Both the position numbers and the translations under genes were made by a program. Below the pieces are notes generated by a model. It did not search any database. It was not told the origin of the DNA and saw only the letters and a program-made list of their open reading frames with translations. Positions 25,327 to 36,762 of a DNA stretch of 64,000 nucleotides are shown here, piece after piece; the stretch's first letter is position 1, and each line of letters opens with the position of its first letter. This DNA comes from an uncultured Actinomycetes bacterium (GTDB lineage: Bacteria; Actinomycetota; Thermoleophilia; RBG-16-64-13): assembly GCA_963841735.1 (NCBI GenBank), contig CAWJDT010000004.1, positions 1 to 64,000 of the forward strand. Reading direction: 5' to 3'.

Positions 25327-25697
25327 ATGAGAAAGGGCCGTCCGCTATTCACCACTCATGAGCCGCCTTTCAGGGGCGGCGATCTGGCGGTGGGGCGGAT
25401 CATCGAGCACGAGGGAGGTTCTACCGCGTCGTCGCTTGGGTGGAACTGCCTTCTGTTTCTCTCGAACGCGGTGGCTCGGTGGGCGAGTGGCAGATATGGG
25501 GGCGGCGGGTCTCGAAACGTCGCCTGCGGCAAGAGGTGGTCGGCGCGGCCGAGGCGATCCTGGAGCAGAGACCGCCGACCGGGATAATCGGGGGAGACAG
25601 AATGACGAGTCGGGGGCGAGGTGCATTTGTAGGCATGCGGCGAATCCACCGCGCTGCTGGATCAGCTGAGGCGGACGGGCGCCGCCGCCGCGCATAG
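25327..25697 (+). CDS. Hypothetical protein (one probable frameshift near 25414)
   Basis: Joining ORF 25327 to the frame of ORF 25440 gives globular-looking LAVGRIIEHEGRFYRVVAWVELP...GEWQIWGRRV. Confidence 0.45.
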
Positions 25698-25738
25698 CGT
25701 CCCCGTCACCGTCGACATACGGACTTTCCGGAGGAGCC

Positions 25739-26252
25739 ATGGAAGCGATCGCAGCAGCTCATGACACGGCGCAGCATCCGCAAGTACACGGACCGGCCGG
25801 TGCCGGACCAAGTGGTGGAGCAACTCCTGCGGGCCGCCATGGCGGCGCCGTCCGCGGGCAATCAGCAGCCCTGGCGCTTCGTCGTCATCCGCGACCGGAC
25901 TGCACTGGAGTCGGTCTCCGCGAACCTGACCCTATGGGACCATGGCCCGCGAGGCCCAGCTTGCGGTGCTGATCTGCGGCGACCTCGGCGAACGAGCGTC
26001 ACCCGGGCTTCTGGGTGCAGGACTGCTGCCGCCGCCACCCAGAACCTGCTGATCGCCGCGCACGCGCTCGGTCTGGGCGCAGTCTGGCTGGGCATCTATC
26101 CCCGAGAGGAGCGGGTGGCGCATCTGCGTTCGCTCTGCAGCGTCCCCGATCGAGTCGTTCCTTTTGCCCTGGTTGCGGTAGGCCATCCGGCCGAGCAGCC
26201 CGTTCCGGCCGACAGGTTCGAGCAAGCGCGTGTCCATCTCGACACCTGGTAG
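25739..26252 (+). CDS. Nitroreductase family protein (frameshifted)
   Basis: TRRSIRKY, AAPSAGNQQPWRFVVI, ATQNLLIAAHALGLGAVWLGIYP; GGAGGAG RBS before ATG 25739. Confidence 0.88.
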
Positions 26253-26260
26253 GAGAGAAG

Positions 26261-26842
26261 ATGAAGACCTCACTCGGGCCCCGTACCGTCGTGTACCCCA
26301 CCCCGGTGTTCGTAGTCGGCACCTACGATGCGGCCGGGAAGCCGAATGTCATGGCCGTCGCCTGGGGAGGAATATGTTGTTCCAAGCCCCCGTGTGTGGC
26401 CATCTCGGTGCGAAAGGCCACCTACACTTACGGCAATCTCGTGGAGCGCAAGGCGTTCACGGTGAGCGTGCCCTCGGTGGACCATGTGGAGGCCGCCGAC
26501 TACTTCGGCATCGCCTCGGGCCGCGACGCGGACAAGTTCGCGGCCGCCGGTCTCACGCCGGTGCGCTCGGAACTGGTGGATGCTCCCTACGTGGGAGAGT
26601 TCCCCCTGGTGCTCGAGTGCAAGGTGGTGAATGTTGCGGAGTTGGGCCTGCACACCCAATTCGTGGGGGAGATCCTTGACGTCAAGGTGGAGGCGGGATG
26701 CCTGGACGCCGACGGCAAGCCCAGCGCCGAACTGGTGCGGCCTTTCAGCTGGGCGCCGGCTGAGAACCAGTACTACGCGATAGGCGCTCGACTCGGGCGG
26801 GGATTCTCGATGGGCAAGAGCCTGGAAAGCAAGAAGGGGTGA
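26261..26842 (+). CDS. Flavin reductase-like (flavoredoxin) protein
   Basis: YPTPVFVVGTYD, PNVMAVAWGGICCSKPP, ADYFGIASGRDADKF, LECKV, HTQFVGEI. Confidence 0.92.
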   Translation: MKTSLGPRTVVYPTPVFVVGTYDAAGKPNVMAVAWGGICCSKPPCVAISVRKATYTYGNLVERKAFTVSVPSVDHVEAADYFGIASGRDADKFAAAGLTPVRSELVDAPYVGEFPLVLECKVVNVAELGLHTQFVGEILDVKVEAGCLDADGKPSAELVRPFSWAPAENQYYAIGARLGRGFSMGKSLESKKG

Positions 26843-27639
26843 GTGCGCGTCGCCTGCGTGCCCGCGGCTTCGTGGCGACTCTGCTGGCGGCGAGCGTCTT
26901 CGCAGCCCTTGCCCCAGGATGCGGTGGCTCTGGCGGGGTTGCCGATGCGTCGGAGGTCGTCAGCATCGAACAGGCTCTCGCGAGCAAGGACGGGACCTTG
27001 GTGCGGGTGCGGGGGCATGTTGTCGCCACCGAAGCGACGGTAGCCTTGGCCGACGCGCTCCTCGAATCGTATCCACCGCAGGCCGGCGGCGCTGTGCTAC
27101 CGGTCACCGGTCTCGATCTGGCCGACTTGGTGGGGCTCAGTTCCACGGCAGCGCAGCCCGAGTTGGCTCAGGTGAGCTGGACGGATTACTTGGTGACGCT
27201 GGAGGGCGTGATCGAAGCCGGGACGTTGGAGGTCGACGCCGCACCGCGGGCGGTCGAAGGCTCCACGGCCGAGGCGAAGGTGAGGTTCTCTCTGCCGGTG
27301 GAGCCGCTGGTGTCAGGCGAGGTCGCGTGGTGGGTGTTCGATGTGAGCAACGTGACCGGCGGCCCACTCGACGTGACTTTTGCCAGTGGCCAGATATGTG
27401 AAGTGGTGCTCTCGCAGGCCGGAGTGGAGAAGTACCGGTGGAGCAAGGGCAAAGCCTTCGCCGAAGTCATCATGGTCGACACACTTGAGTCTGGTGGCAC
27501 CATGCCCTATGTCTTCAACGACATCATCGGGGTGCCGCCCGGAGACTACGACCTCACGGCCTCGGTGACGGCTTCGGTCGGAAATACCGGCGGCGGCAGG
27601 GCTCTGCCCGAACTGGTGACCACGGTCACCGTGCGCTGA
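26839..27639 (+). CDS. Lipoprotein with C-terminal BsuPI-like proteinase-inhibitor domain
   Basis: Signal peptide ending LAPG-C; VSNVTGGPLDVTFASGQICEVVLS...YRWSKGKAFAEVI...PGDY resembles BsuPI. Confidence 0.7.
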   Translation: MSARRLRARGFVATLLAASVFAALAPGCGGSGGVADASEVVSIEQALASKDGTLVRVRGHVVATEATVALADALLESYPPQAGGAVLPVTGLDLADLVGLSSTAAQPELAQVSWTDYLVTLEGVIEAGTLEVDAAPRAVEGSTAEAKVRFSLPVEPLVSGEVAWWVFDVSNVTGGPLDVTFASGQICEVVLSQAGVEKYRWSKGKAFAEVIMVDTLESGGTMPYVFNDIIGVPPGDYDLTASVTASVGNTGGGRALPELVTTVTVR

Positions 27640-28665
27640 GTCCTTCCTGGCAGCGCCGTGTCTCCAGCAGGTAGGCGTCCAGGGGGCGCCGGAGACGCGA
27701 GTTCACGAAATACAGGACTGTGGCTATGGCCAAAGTCAGAGCGAAACTGATGGGGATCTCCAGCGCCATGCGGATGGAGCCACCGAACAATTCGTCGAAG
27801 CCCCGGCCGATGAAGTAGAAGTGCAGGATGTAGAACTCATAGCTTACGGCGGCGAAGCGTGAAGCGGCCCTCTTGATCCAGCGCGGCAGCACCCCGGCGG
27901 CCGCGAAGAAGAGCGGCACGAACGCCAGAGGGTATAGGGGAAGCAGCAGGCCGCGGATCCAGAAGGGGATCACCTTCGCCGACGACAGCGCGCAGACCCC
28001 CAGGACGCAACAGGCAAAGATGAGCTGGAGCGCGAGAGGCCTACGGTAGAGCGCTTCCAGGCGGCCGTTCACCCCGAGGTACGTCCCGATGCAGAACGCG
28101 ATGACCACGTTCCAGGCCCCGCCGGCGTTCATCCAGCGGTAGGCCGCGAGAGAAAGTGCGATGACTATGAACAGGTGGATGAGACCTCTGCGATGAGCGA
28201 ACACCCTCTGCAGGGCGGGCAGCAGCAGATACATGGAGAGGATGGTGGTCACAAACCAGAGCCCCTGGCCTACGGAGGCGTGGTTGAGATGGGGGAACAA
28301 CTCGAAGAATCCGGAAAGACCGAGGAAATGGAGCACAAGATCAGTAGTGTGGGCCTTGACCGTCCCCGCCAGGTATTGGATGACGAGCACCACGGCCAAG
28401 CAGGTGAAGAGGGGGATGTAGATGCGGCTGAATCGTCTGAGCCAGAAACTCCCCGGCTCGTCGGACCTGGTCGAGAGAAGGGCGGCGCTGATGAACCCCA
28501 GCAGCGACATGGTGAGGCCCGGAGACAGCGTGCCGAAGACCACCTCGAGCGGGAAGCTGGTGGTCTGGGTGATGATGATGTGTCCCAGAAAGACGAAGAC
28601 GATCGCGAATGTGCGGGCTAGATCGTAGGCTCGATCCGTTCGCCGGCTGTCGCTGTCCCCACCAT
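27626..28665 (-). CDS. Acyltransferase 3 family membrane protein (frameshift near 28637)
   Basis: RDRAYDLARTFAIVFVFLGH upstream of the listed ORF, FWLRRFSRIYIP, LWFVTTI, SYEFYILH; ATG 28665 with GAGGAG RBS. Confidence 0.85.
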
Positions 28666-28717
28666 CTCTCCTCTTGTGGCCGATATGCTCCGTTGCGCTA
28701 TCGCTGCTTCGTCGACG

Positions 28718-29677
28718 CTAAACACCCCCATGATAGTGTACCCGGGTCCGAAGGCGGCCCATCGGCCATTCATGGCCAACGACTTCGCCCGTGTGTCCCA
28801 CGGTAGCAGTGGCTGTGGCCAGAGATTCTTGAACGGCTACCAGGCCGAACCTCAGTCCGTTCGCCGACCCAGTAAAGGGCATCGTCTGCGGCTCGTTTGC
28901 CAAGGAGACAGGGAAACTATTCTGGCTGGGCATGGTTGGCACTCGATACTTGGGGCCCAAGTCGAGGAGCCAGATGGAAGAGCCGCGGCAGTCGCCGTCG
29001 TTCTCCGCCTTCATAGTGATGGAGATTTGCAGGGGGATGTTCTTCAGCGCGAGGAGAACAATGCCGGCCGGACTCAGGACGCTGTGCTCTGCGCTTCCGG
29101 GTGCGGACTCCTGACCGTCGCCCAGCCTAAGAACAGTCAGGGTGGCAGTGCCCCGCCAGTACCCGTTGACAACGCTTTGGTCCACGACGAGTACAGCCGA
29201 GCCGTTGTCGCTCTGCCCCTTACCGTTGTCGGGGCTGCGCCAAAGGACGAGATACAGGGCGAGCGCGCCACCGAGGATCACCGACACGAGTAGCGGGAGG
29301 AGGAAAGGGAGGGCCCGGGATCGCCGCCTGGGCGACGGTGCCGTCCAAGCTGGTTGGTAAGCCGGGTGCTCTCTTGGCTGCTCGTGGTGGCGGCGGGTCG
29401 CCGGCGCGCGCGCGCGCCGGGGGCTGGGCCCGCGCTTGTCGGTCACAGAACGCCCGGTATGAGAGAAAAGGCCAGGAATCTGATTGGCTTCGTCCCATTG
29501 CGGCAATATCGGATGCAGCACCAGATCGATGGGCCACAATACGCCGGAGGCAGCAAGGGCTTGGAGCTCTTCCCAGCGGAGGGGACCCACGCTGCCGTTC
29601 GTGCGCGCTCCAGCCTTAACGTAGTACCATCCGCCTTCCGGAGACTGGCCCGCCGGAGGGGGCTTTTTCCCCATCAT
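28718..29677 (-). CDS. GYF_2 (DUF4339) domain single-pass membrane protein
   Basis: WYYV...VGPLRWEELQALAASGVLWPIDLVLHPILPQWDEANQIPGL, Pro-rich linker, one TM. Confidence 0.7.
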   Translation of the reverse strand: MMGKKPPPAGQSPEGGWYYVKAGARTNGSVGPLRWEELQALAASGVLWPIDLVLHPILPQWDEANQIPGLFSHTGRSVTDKRGPSPRRARAPATRRHHEQPREHPAYQPAWTAPSPRRRSRALPFLLPLLVSVILGGALALYLVLWRSPDNGKGQSDNGSAVLVVDQSVVNGYWRGTATLTVLRLGDGQESAPGSAEHSVLSPAGIVLLALKNIPLQISITMKAENDGDCRGSSIWLLDLGPKYRVPTMPSQNSFPVSLANEPQTMPFTGSANGLRFGLVAVQESLATATATVGHTGEVVGHEWPMGRLRTRVHYHGGV

Positions 29678-29926
29678 CGCGCCTTGTTCCCCTCCTTGGA
29701 CACGGCACGTCCTTTCCGCCGATAGCCGGCGTTCCCCGGTGCTTTCCCGTAGATACCCCGCAAGCAGAAAACATACTCACCAAGGGGCGTTTGGCAAGGA
29801 GGGATCTCTGAGCCCACCCGGTCACCACAGGGCGTGAGGTTTGCGCGCCCTTTGGTTAGGTATTACCATGGTCGGGGAGTCTTGGGGATGGGGTTGCGAC
29901 CATGACGACTTGATGAGAGGGGAAGA

Positions 29927-30310
29927 TTGTCTGACACTGTCCGCCGGGCCCTTAGGGAACGGCTTCAAGGTCTCGGACACGTTGTGGCGGCAGACACGGT
30001 CGGCCTGCGGGGTGAGCTCTATGTCCGCGGAGACGGTGATCGAGCGGCGGCGATGTTCGAATTCAAGGCCACCGCTGAGGAGGCCTGGCTCACCATGTAC
30101 CAGGGGAGGTGGTTGCCGACCATGCCCCCGCGCTTCGCGGTTCTGCCGGTTTCAGAGAAGGCTGACCCCGTGCTTGATATGCTCGAACAGGCAGGACTTG
30201 GTGTCCTCCTATACGAGAGCGAGGGTGACCGGGTGGTGTTCGTGGACCTCTGCGCCGCCCTTGACGAGATGGCTCGGAGGAACGTGCCTGGTATCCTTGG
30301 GGAGTTCTGA
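29927..30310 (+). CDS. Small hypothetical protein, possible PD-(D/E)xK-like fold
   Basis: TTG start after GAGGGG; LQGLGHVV...ELYV...MFEFKATAEEAW...LEQAGLGVLLY. Confidence 0.55.
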   Translation: MSDTVRRALRERLQGLGHVVAADTVGLRGELYVRGDGDRAAAMFEFKATAEEAWLTMYQGRWLPTMPPRFAVLPVSEKADPVLDMLEQAGLGVLLYESEGDRVVFVDLCAALDEMARRNVPGILGEF

Positions 30311-30325
30311 CAAGGGAGGGAAATC

Positions 30326-30607
30326 GTGAGTGAGGCGTCTCGTTTCAACGCCGATGAGGCTAAGAAGATCGGCGACAGGCTGGGTGTCGACTGGAAGACT
30401 TTCGATGTGGAGCAGTTCCGGATGGGTTTGGATGTGGAGTTGGAACATGGGCTTCAGAATCTGGCGACCAACGTCACTGACGACGACATCCTGATGACGG
30501 GCAAGATCGCCCTGGCTCACCTCACGGAATTCCCCGACTACTACGACCGGCTGGAAGTGATGGAGGAAGAAGCCAAAGTCTTTTGGAGCAGCAATAAACC
30601 CGACTGA
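30326..30607 (+). CDS. DUF5661 family protein
   Basis: FRMGLDVELEHG...KIALAHLTEFPDYYDRLEVME; GGAGG RBS. Confidence 0.85.
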   Translation: MSEASRFNADEAKKIGDRLGVDWKTFDVEQFRMGLDVELEHGLQNLATNVTDDDILMTGKIALAHLTEFPDYYDRLEVMEEEAKVFWSSNKPD

Positions 30608-30628
30608 AGAGCGGCGGGAAACCGATAG

Positions 30629-31588
<960 letters not shown>

Positions 31589-31830
31589 GCACCGGCGGTT
31601 CCGTCCGTCGGGTCCCGCGTCGCGCCGTATGGCGCGGGGCGCCGACTGCGGCGCACATCCCACACAGCAAGGCGCATACGTGGTATTTTTACGGCGGCAG
31701 ACTGGCGGAGTTTAGGACTGATCCACCGGCCGTGCTGAGAAGCCGGCAGCGATGCTTTCGAGAGCACGCACCGGCTACATTTCTATCTGGAAGCTGACCA
31801 CGACCGCTGATTGCGACGGAGGGAGTAAAC

Positions 31831-33648
31831 ATGGCGGCCGCGATTGACGCGCTCACCCAGCACAAGGGGCTTCTCGGTTGGCTGCGAGAAGTAGTGGAAC
31901 TGTGCAAGCCGGATTCTGTGTACGCTTGCGACGGTTCCCCGGAAGACTACAAGTACATGTGCGACCTGCTGGTCGAGCATGGTACGTTCACCCGACTTAA
32001 TGCCGACCTCAGGCCAGACAGCTTCCTGGCCCGCTCGCACCCGAGCGACGTAGCTCGTGTGGAAGACAGCACTTTCATCTGCACCAAGGAGCAGGTGGAG
32101 GTAGGGCCGACGAACAACTGGGCTCCGGCGGAAGAGATGAAGCGCAAGATGCTGCGCATCTTCGATGGTTGCATGGTGGGGCGGACCATGTACATCATCC
32201 CCTTCTCCATGGGGCCGGTGGGTTCGCCGTTCTCCAAGATCGGTATCGAAGTCACCGATTCGGCCTATGTGGTTGCCAACATGATGATCATGACCCGGGT
32301 GGGCAAGGAAGTTCTCGAGGCCCTGGGTACCGATGGCAAGTTCATCCCCTGCCTACACTCGGTGGGTGCTCCGCTGGCCGACTCCGAGGAAGACGTGCCC
32401 TGGCCGTGTGAGCGAGATCCCAAGAACAAGTACATCGTCCACTTCCCCGATGACCCCTCCATCTGGTCGTACGGCTCGGGGTACGGGGGCAATGCGCTGC
32501 TTGGTAAGAAATGCCTGGCGCTGCGCATCGCCTCGGCTGTGGCACGCAGAGAGGGCTGGCTGGCAGAGCATATGCTCATCCTCGCTCTGACCTCTCCCGA
32601 GGGCAAGAAGCACTACATCGCAGGGGCATTCCCCAGCGCGTGTGGCAAGACCAACCTGGCCATGATGCAACCCGCTCTGCCCGGGTGGAAGGTCACTACT
32701 ATCGGTGATGATATTGCGTGGATGCGCATCGGCGATGATGGTCGACTGTATGCCATGAATCCCGAGACCGGCTTCTTCGGGGTGGGCCCGGGTACTTCAA
32801 TGGAGTCCAATCCCAACGCCATGGAATCTTTCACCCGCAACAGTATCTTCACCAACGCCGCCCTGACCGACGATGGGGATATCTGGTGGGAAGACATGGG
32901 TGTCCCGGCGCCGGCTCACGCTATCGACTGGGAAGGCAACGACTGGACCCCGGACTCTGGACGCAAGGCGGCCCACGCCAATTCGCGCTTCACCGCGCCC
33001 GCTGAGCAGTGCCCGGTGATCGACCCGGACTGGCAGGATCCCAAGGGAGTGCCTATTTCGGCCATTCTCTTCGGGGGTAGGCGCACCGGCACGGTCCCAC
33101 TGGTGTATGAGGCCTTCGATTGGGAACACGGGGTCTTCATGGGCGCGGCGGCCGGTTCCGAGACCACAGCGGCCAACATCAGCAAGACGGGGGTACTGCG
33201 GCACGATCCCTTCGCCATGCTGCCGTTCTGCGGGTACAACATGGGCGACTACTTCGCGCACTGGCTGTCGATGAACGGACGCACCGATGCGGAGAAACTT
33301 CCACGCATCTTCTCCGTCAACTGGTTCCGCAAGGCTGAGGACGGACATTGGCTGTGGCCCGGATATGGCGAGAACAGCCGGGTGCTCAAATGGATCTTCG
33401 AGAGGGTCGAGGGCGGCGGCACAGCCGTCGAGACTGCTATCGGCTACCTGCCGACGGCAGAGGCTCTCGACTTGAACGGGCTGGATCTGCCTCAGGAAGA
33501 CCTGGACGCTTTGCTTACCATCGACATCGAGAGCTGGAGAGAAGAGGCGGCGGGTCTGTCGAACTACTTCGCGGAGTTCGGGGGCCGGCTTCCGAAGGGG
33601 CTTCGCAGCCAGCTTGAGGCTCTGCGTGAGCGTCTTCGCGGAGGCTGA
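31831..33648 (+). CDS. pckG: Phosphoenolpyruvate carboxykinase (GTP)
   Basis: [64 protein letters not shown]. Confidence 0.98.
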   Translation: MAAAIDALTQHKGLLGWLREVVELCKPDSVYACDGSPEDYKYMCDLLVEHGTFTRLNADLRPDSFLARSHPSDVARVEDSTFICTKEQVEVGPTNNWAPAEEMKRKMLRIFDGCMVGRTMYIIPFSMGPVGSPFSKIGIEVTDSAYVVANMMIMTRVGKEVLEALGTDGKFIPCLHSVGAPLADSEEDVPWPCERDPKNKYIVHFPDDPSIWSYGSGYGGNALLGKKCLALRIASAVARREGWLAEHMLILALTSPEGKKHYIAGAFPSACGKTNLAMMQPALPGWKVTTIGDDIAWMRIGDDGRLYAMNPETGFFGVGPGTSMESNPNAMESFTRNSIFTNAALTDDGDIWWEDMGVPAPAHAIDWEGNDWTPDSGRKAAHANSRFTAPAEQCPVIDPDWQDPKGVPISAILFGGRRTGTVPLVYEAFDWEHGVFMGAAAGSETTAANISKTGVLRHDPFAMLPFCGYNMGDYFAHWLSMNGRTDAEKLPRIFSVNWFRKAEDGHWLWPGYGENSRVLKWIFERVEGGGTAVETAIGYLPTAEALDLNGLDLPQEDLDALLTIDIESWREEAAGLSNYFAEFGGRLPKGLRSQLEALRERLRGG

Positions 33649-34976
33649 TGATGTCCGCGCAGCCCGTGGCGCTCAACCCACTGGCGGTTGAGGCCAACGA
33701 CGTCATACAGGAACACGCACCGGCTGTTATGCGGATGCTCTCCGGACTGGGAAGGCAGTTCTATTTCCCCAAGGGCATCCTGACCCAGTCGGCGGAGGCC
33801 AACCAGAAGGCTCATCGCTACAACGCCACCATCGGCGAGGCGCGGGAAGGCCAGCGATCCATGGGATTGACTGCCATCACCCGGCACCTGGCCGGCTTGA
33901 GTGCCGAGCAGGCGTTGCCCTACGCCCCGTCGTACGGCCGCGCCGATCTGCGCAAGGCTTGGTTGGGGGAGATCAAAGCCAAAAACCCGTCGCTGGGAGA
34001 GGCGCCGGTAAGCAATCCTGTGGTCACCAGCGGTATCACCCACGGCCTCAGCACCATGGCCGACATGTTCGCCGACGAGGGCGACGTGCTGCTACTGCCC
34101 GATCTGCTCTGGGGCAACTACCGCATGATCTTCGGAGTCAGACGGGGGGCTCAGATCAAGACCTACCCGCTTCTGGATCTCGACGGTGGCTTTGACGTCG
34201 AGGGCTTTCGCCGCACCGTCGCAGAGCATGCCGGCCGGGGCAAGCTTCTCGTGCTGTTCAACTTCCCCAACAACCCCACCGGCTACTCGATCACGCCAGC
34301 GGAGGCGGAGGCTATCCGCGACATCCTGGTGAGTGCAGTCACCGAGCGGTCCTGCGATGTGGTGGCTCTCTGCGACGACGCCTACTTCGGATTGTTCTAT
34401 GAGGATGAGGTGCTGAAAGAGTCGCTTTTCGCTTACCTGGCGGCGGCTCACCCGCGCATATTGGCGGTAAAGCTCGATGGGGCCTCCAAAGAAGATTACG
34501 CATGGGGACTCCGGGTAGCCTTCATTACTTACGGCGTCTCTGGCGGGGCCGGGGCTTATGAGGCTTTAGAGAAGAAGACCGGGGGTTGTATCCGGGGCAC
34601 CATAAGCAACTCACCCAACCTCTCCCAGTCGCTTGTTCTTCAAGCTATGGCAGATCCTGAGTATCGCGCCCAGAAGGCCGAGAAGTTCGCCATCCTGGCC
34701 GGTCGGGCCGCCAAAGTGCGCGAGGTGCTGTCCCAGCCGCGCTTCGGCCAAGCATGGAAGCTGTATCCGTTTAACTCGGGCTACTTCTTCACCGTGCGCA
34801 TGAACGACCTCGATGCCGAGGAATACCGGGTGAAGCTGCTGAACGACTACGGGGTGGGCGTCATCTCTTGGAACGACACCGATATCCGGGTGGCTCTGTC
34901 GTGCGTAGATGAAGCCGATATAGCCGACCTGCTCGACGTCATGCTCACTTGTGCCCTGGAGATGCAGAAGGGCTAG
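33648..34976 (+). CDS. Class I/II PLP-dependent aminotransferase (aspartate aminotransferase-like)
   Basis: FPKGILTQS, NFPNNPTGYS, DDAYFGLFY, KLDGASKEDYAWGLRV; TGATG-coupled to pckG. Confidence 0.9.
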   Translation: MMSAQPVALNPLAVEANDVIQEHAPAVMRMLSGLGRQFYFPKGILTQSAEANQKAHRYNATIGEAREGQRSMGLTAITRHLAGLSAEQALPYAPSYGRADLRKAWLGEIKAKNPSLGEAPVSNPVVTSGITHGLSTMADMFADEGDVLLLPDLLWGNYRMIFGVRRGAQIKTYPLLDLDGGFDVEGFRRTVAEHAGRGKLLVLFNFPNNPTGYSITPAEAEAIRDILVSAVTERSCDVVALCDDAYFGLFYEDEVLKESLFAYLAAAHPRILAVKLDGASKEDYAWGLRVAFITYGVSGGAGAYEALEKKTGGCIRGTISNSPNLSQSLVLQAMADPEYRAQKAEKFAILAGRAAKVREVLSQPRFGQAWKLYPFNSGYFFTVRMNDLDAEEYRVKLLNDYGVGVISWNDTDIRVALSCVDEADIADLLDVMLTCALEMQKG

Positions 34977-35159
34977 AAGGCTGCCGAAAAGCGAAGTCTT
35001 CGCCACCCGGCGACATGCGGCCTTCAGAACGCACTGGGCGGCACAATACGTCGTCCTCAGTCGCGGCGATAGCGCTGCTCTTCGCGCTCTTTGCGTCCTC
35101 GTCTTGCGCGTGCCAATCGCGCTCTGGTGGCGAAACGTCGCCTTTCAGGAGCCTGCTAG
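34973..35159. mobile_element. Non-autonomous MITE-like element bounded by CTAG at both ends
   Basis: Left CTAGAAGGCTGCCGAAAAGCGAAGTCTTCGCCACC vs reverse complement of right end CTAGCAGGCTCCTGAAAGGCGACGT-TTCGCCACC (29/35 matches); no transposase inside. Confidence 0.72.
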
Positions 35160-35193
35160 AGCCGGGCCGCTCCGTCGCTGGGCCGCGGCTCAG

Positions 35194-36762
35194 CTAGTCA
35201 GTCGGGTCCAGCGCCTGTTGGTTTGACAATTCCTGCCAGTTCAATATCTGATAGGTGCCCACCAACGGGAAGTGTGGCGGTGGCTGGTGTAGCAGGAATG
35301 GATCATACGTGTTGGCTCCGTTGGTGAACCCGCCACCGCCGGTCGAGTAGCGGTAGGGGCGCAGATACGACGAGACCGATCCGTAGAAGGTGAGAAGATC
35401 GCGGGTGGGTCCGCCCAAGTCGGCCGCCCGGCAGAATTCGGCACCCTGTTGGGCGATCACGGCTGCGTCGATCTCCATATCCATGGTGGAGATAGTCCCG
35501 CCCTTCATGTATGGGGCATAGGCAGGGATCTCGATGTTGTTCTGCGCGATGAGGCCCACCGACACGGTGCCGTCCTTGGCCGAGTATTCGAGGTCGCCGA
35601 TCACGTGGATAGAGGTTGCGGCCCTCTTGCTCGACGGATTCAATTGCCCGGAGCTGGCGATGGTGATGTGCCCATGGAGGTTGGTTCCGTCCACCCACAC
35701 GTTGTCGTTGACGTAGATCACACCGTCTTCTGGGTAGTCATAGGTTCCGGCGGAGATGGGGGAGGGAGGGTTGACCCAGTCCAGATACCCGCCAACCTTG
35801 TTTCCGGTCTGGTAGGTACGGCTTTCGGATTCGTTGGTGACTCTCCGGATCTGATACTTCTTGTTGGGAAGCAGTTTTATGTACCAACCTTGTCGCGAGT
35901 CGTGCACCCCGGCGGTAGAGTATGGGAGGTTGACACCAGTTCCCTGGGCTAAGCTGTTGAGCTCCACAAAGTCGGAGGTCACCGTGCCGAAGTCCACCGC
36001 GGGCACGGGGAACTGCCACAACGCACGCGACGGGTTGCTGGGGAGTACGGTGTAGTCATGTCCGGACCAGACCCCGTCGTGGTTGCCACCGAACATCGCG
36101 CTGTTGTAAGTCCGTCTGGCGCTACTGATGGTATCGGTGACGTTGGCTGTGTCGATGCAGATCCCTGTGTTCGAGTGGGTCTTGCCGTGCCACACACGGG
36201 TGAGAGGGCCGCCGATCCACACCTCTTCGTTCACCAAGAGCACGTACTCGCTGAAGGCAGGCCGCCCCAACTTGGCCGACACGGTGCGGGACTGCTCGAC
36301 GGGCTGATACGATTCACCGGTGACTGTTACCGTGATTTCCGAGTCTTGTGCCGATGGTGGCGTGATCGCCATGGTGTACTCGCCCTGCACGGAGCCGTCA
36401 TAGGGGTCGGTGTAGGCGTAGGTCATCCTGTTGGGGGTCTCCTCGCTTGCGCCGGGGATAGCCCAGTTGAGCTCTTCGTTGGTCGTTCCGCTGGCCACCA
36501 TCCAGAGAGACTGGTTAAGTCCGGCCTCCGCTATAGCCAACGACTGGTTGTAGGCGCGGTCACGTTGTACGTGCTGCTGGTTAACCTGCACCTGAACCAG
36601 CAGCAGCGCGCCCAGGAGGCCGATGGCAACCATGACCAGCATGACCAGTATCAGTACGTACCCGCTTTCGTTGCCACCATTGTGGGGGCGAACGCGCCCG
36701 CGGGCGAATCTGACGATTGACTGGCCGAGTGCTACTACCTTAGCCGCCACTGAGCCCTCCAT
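35194..36762 (-). CDS. PilX-like minor pilin with large C-terminal domain
   Basis: ESG|YVLILVMLVMVAIGLLGALLL, QSLAIAEAG (PilX N-terminal pattern), C-terminal YDPFLLHQPPPHFP...WQE. Confidence 0.82.
   Translation of the reverse strand: MEGSVAAKVVALGQSIVRFARGRVRPHNGGNESGYVLILVMLVMVAIGLLGALLLVQVQVNQQHVQRDRAYNQSLAIAEAGLNQSLWMVASGTTNEELNWAIPGASEETPNRMTYAYTDPYDGSVQGEYTMAITPPSAQDSEITVTVTGESYQPVEQSRTVSAKLGRPAFSEYVLLVNEEVWIGGPLTRVWHGKTHSNTGICIDTANVTDTISSARRTYNSAMFGGNHDGVWSGHDYTVLPSNPSRALWQFPVPAVDFGTVTSDFVELNSLAQGTGVNLPYSTAGVHDSRQGWYIKLLPNKKYQIRRVTNESESRTYQTGNKVGGYLDWVNPPSPISAGTYDYPEDGVIYVNDNVWVDGTNLHGHITIASSGQLNPSSKRAATSIHVIGDLEYSAKDGTVSVGLIAQNNIEIPAYAPYMKGGTISTMDMEIDAAVIAQQGAEFCRAADLGGPTRDLLTFYGSVSSYLRPYRYSTGGGGFTNGANTYDPFLLHQPPPHFPLVGTYQILNWQELSNQQALDPTD

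Noticed and set aside
31695-31745. ZTP or TPP riboswitch before pckG (GACTGGCGGA; GCTGAGA)
   Set aside because: The downstream conserved elements of both families are absent
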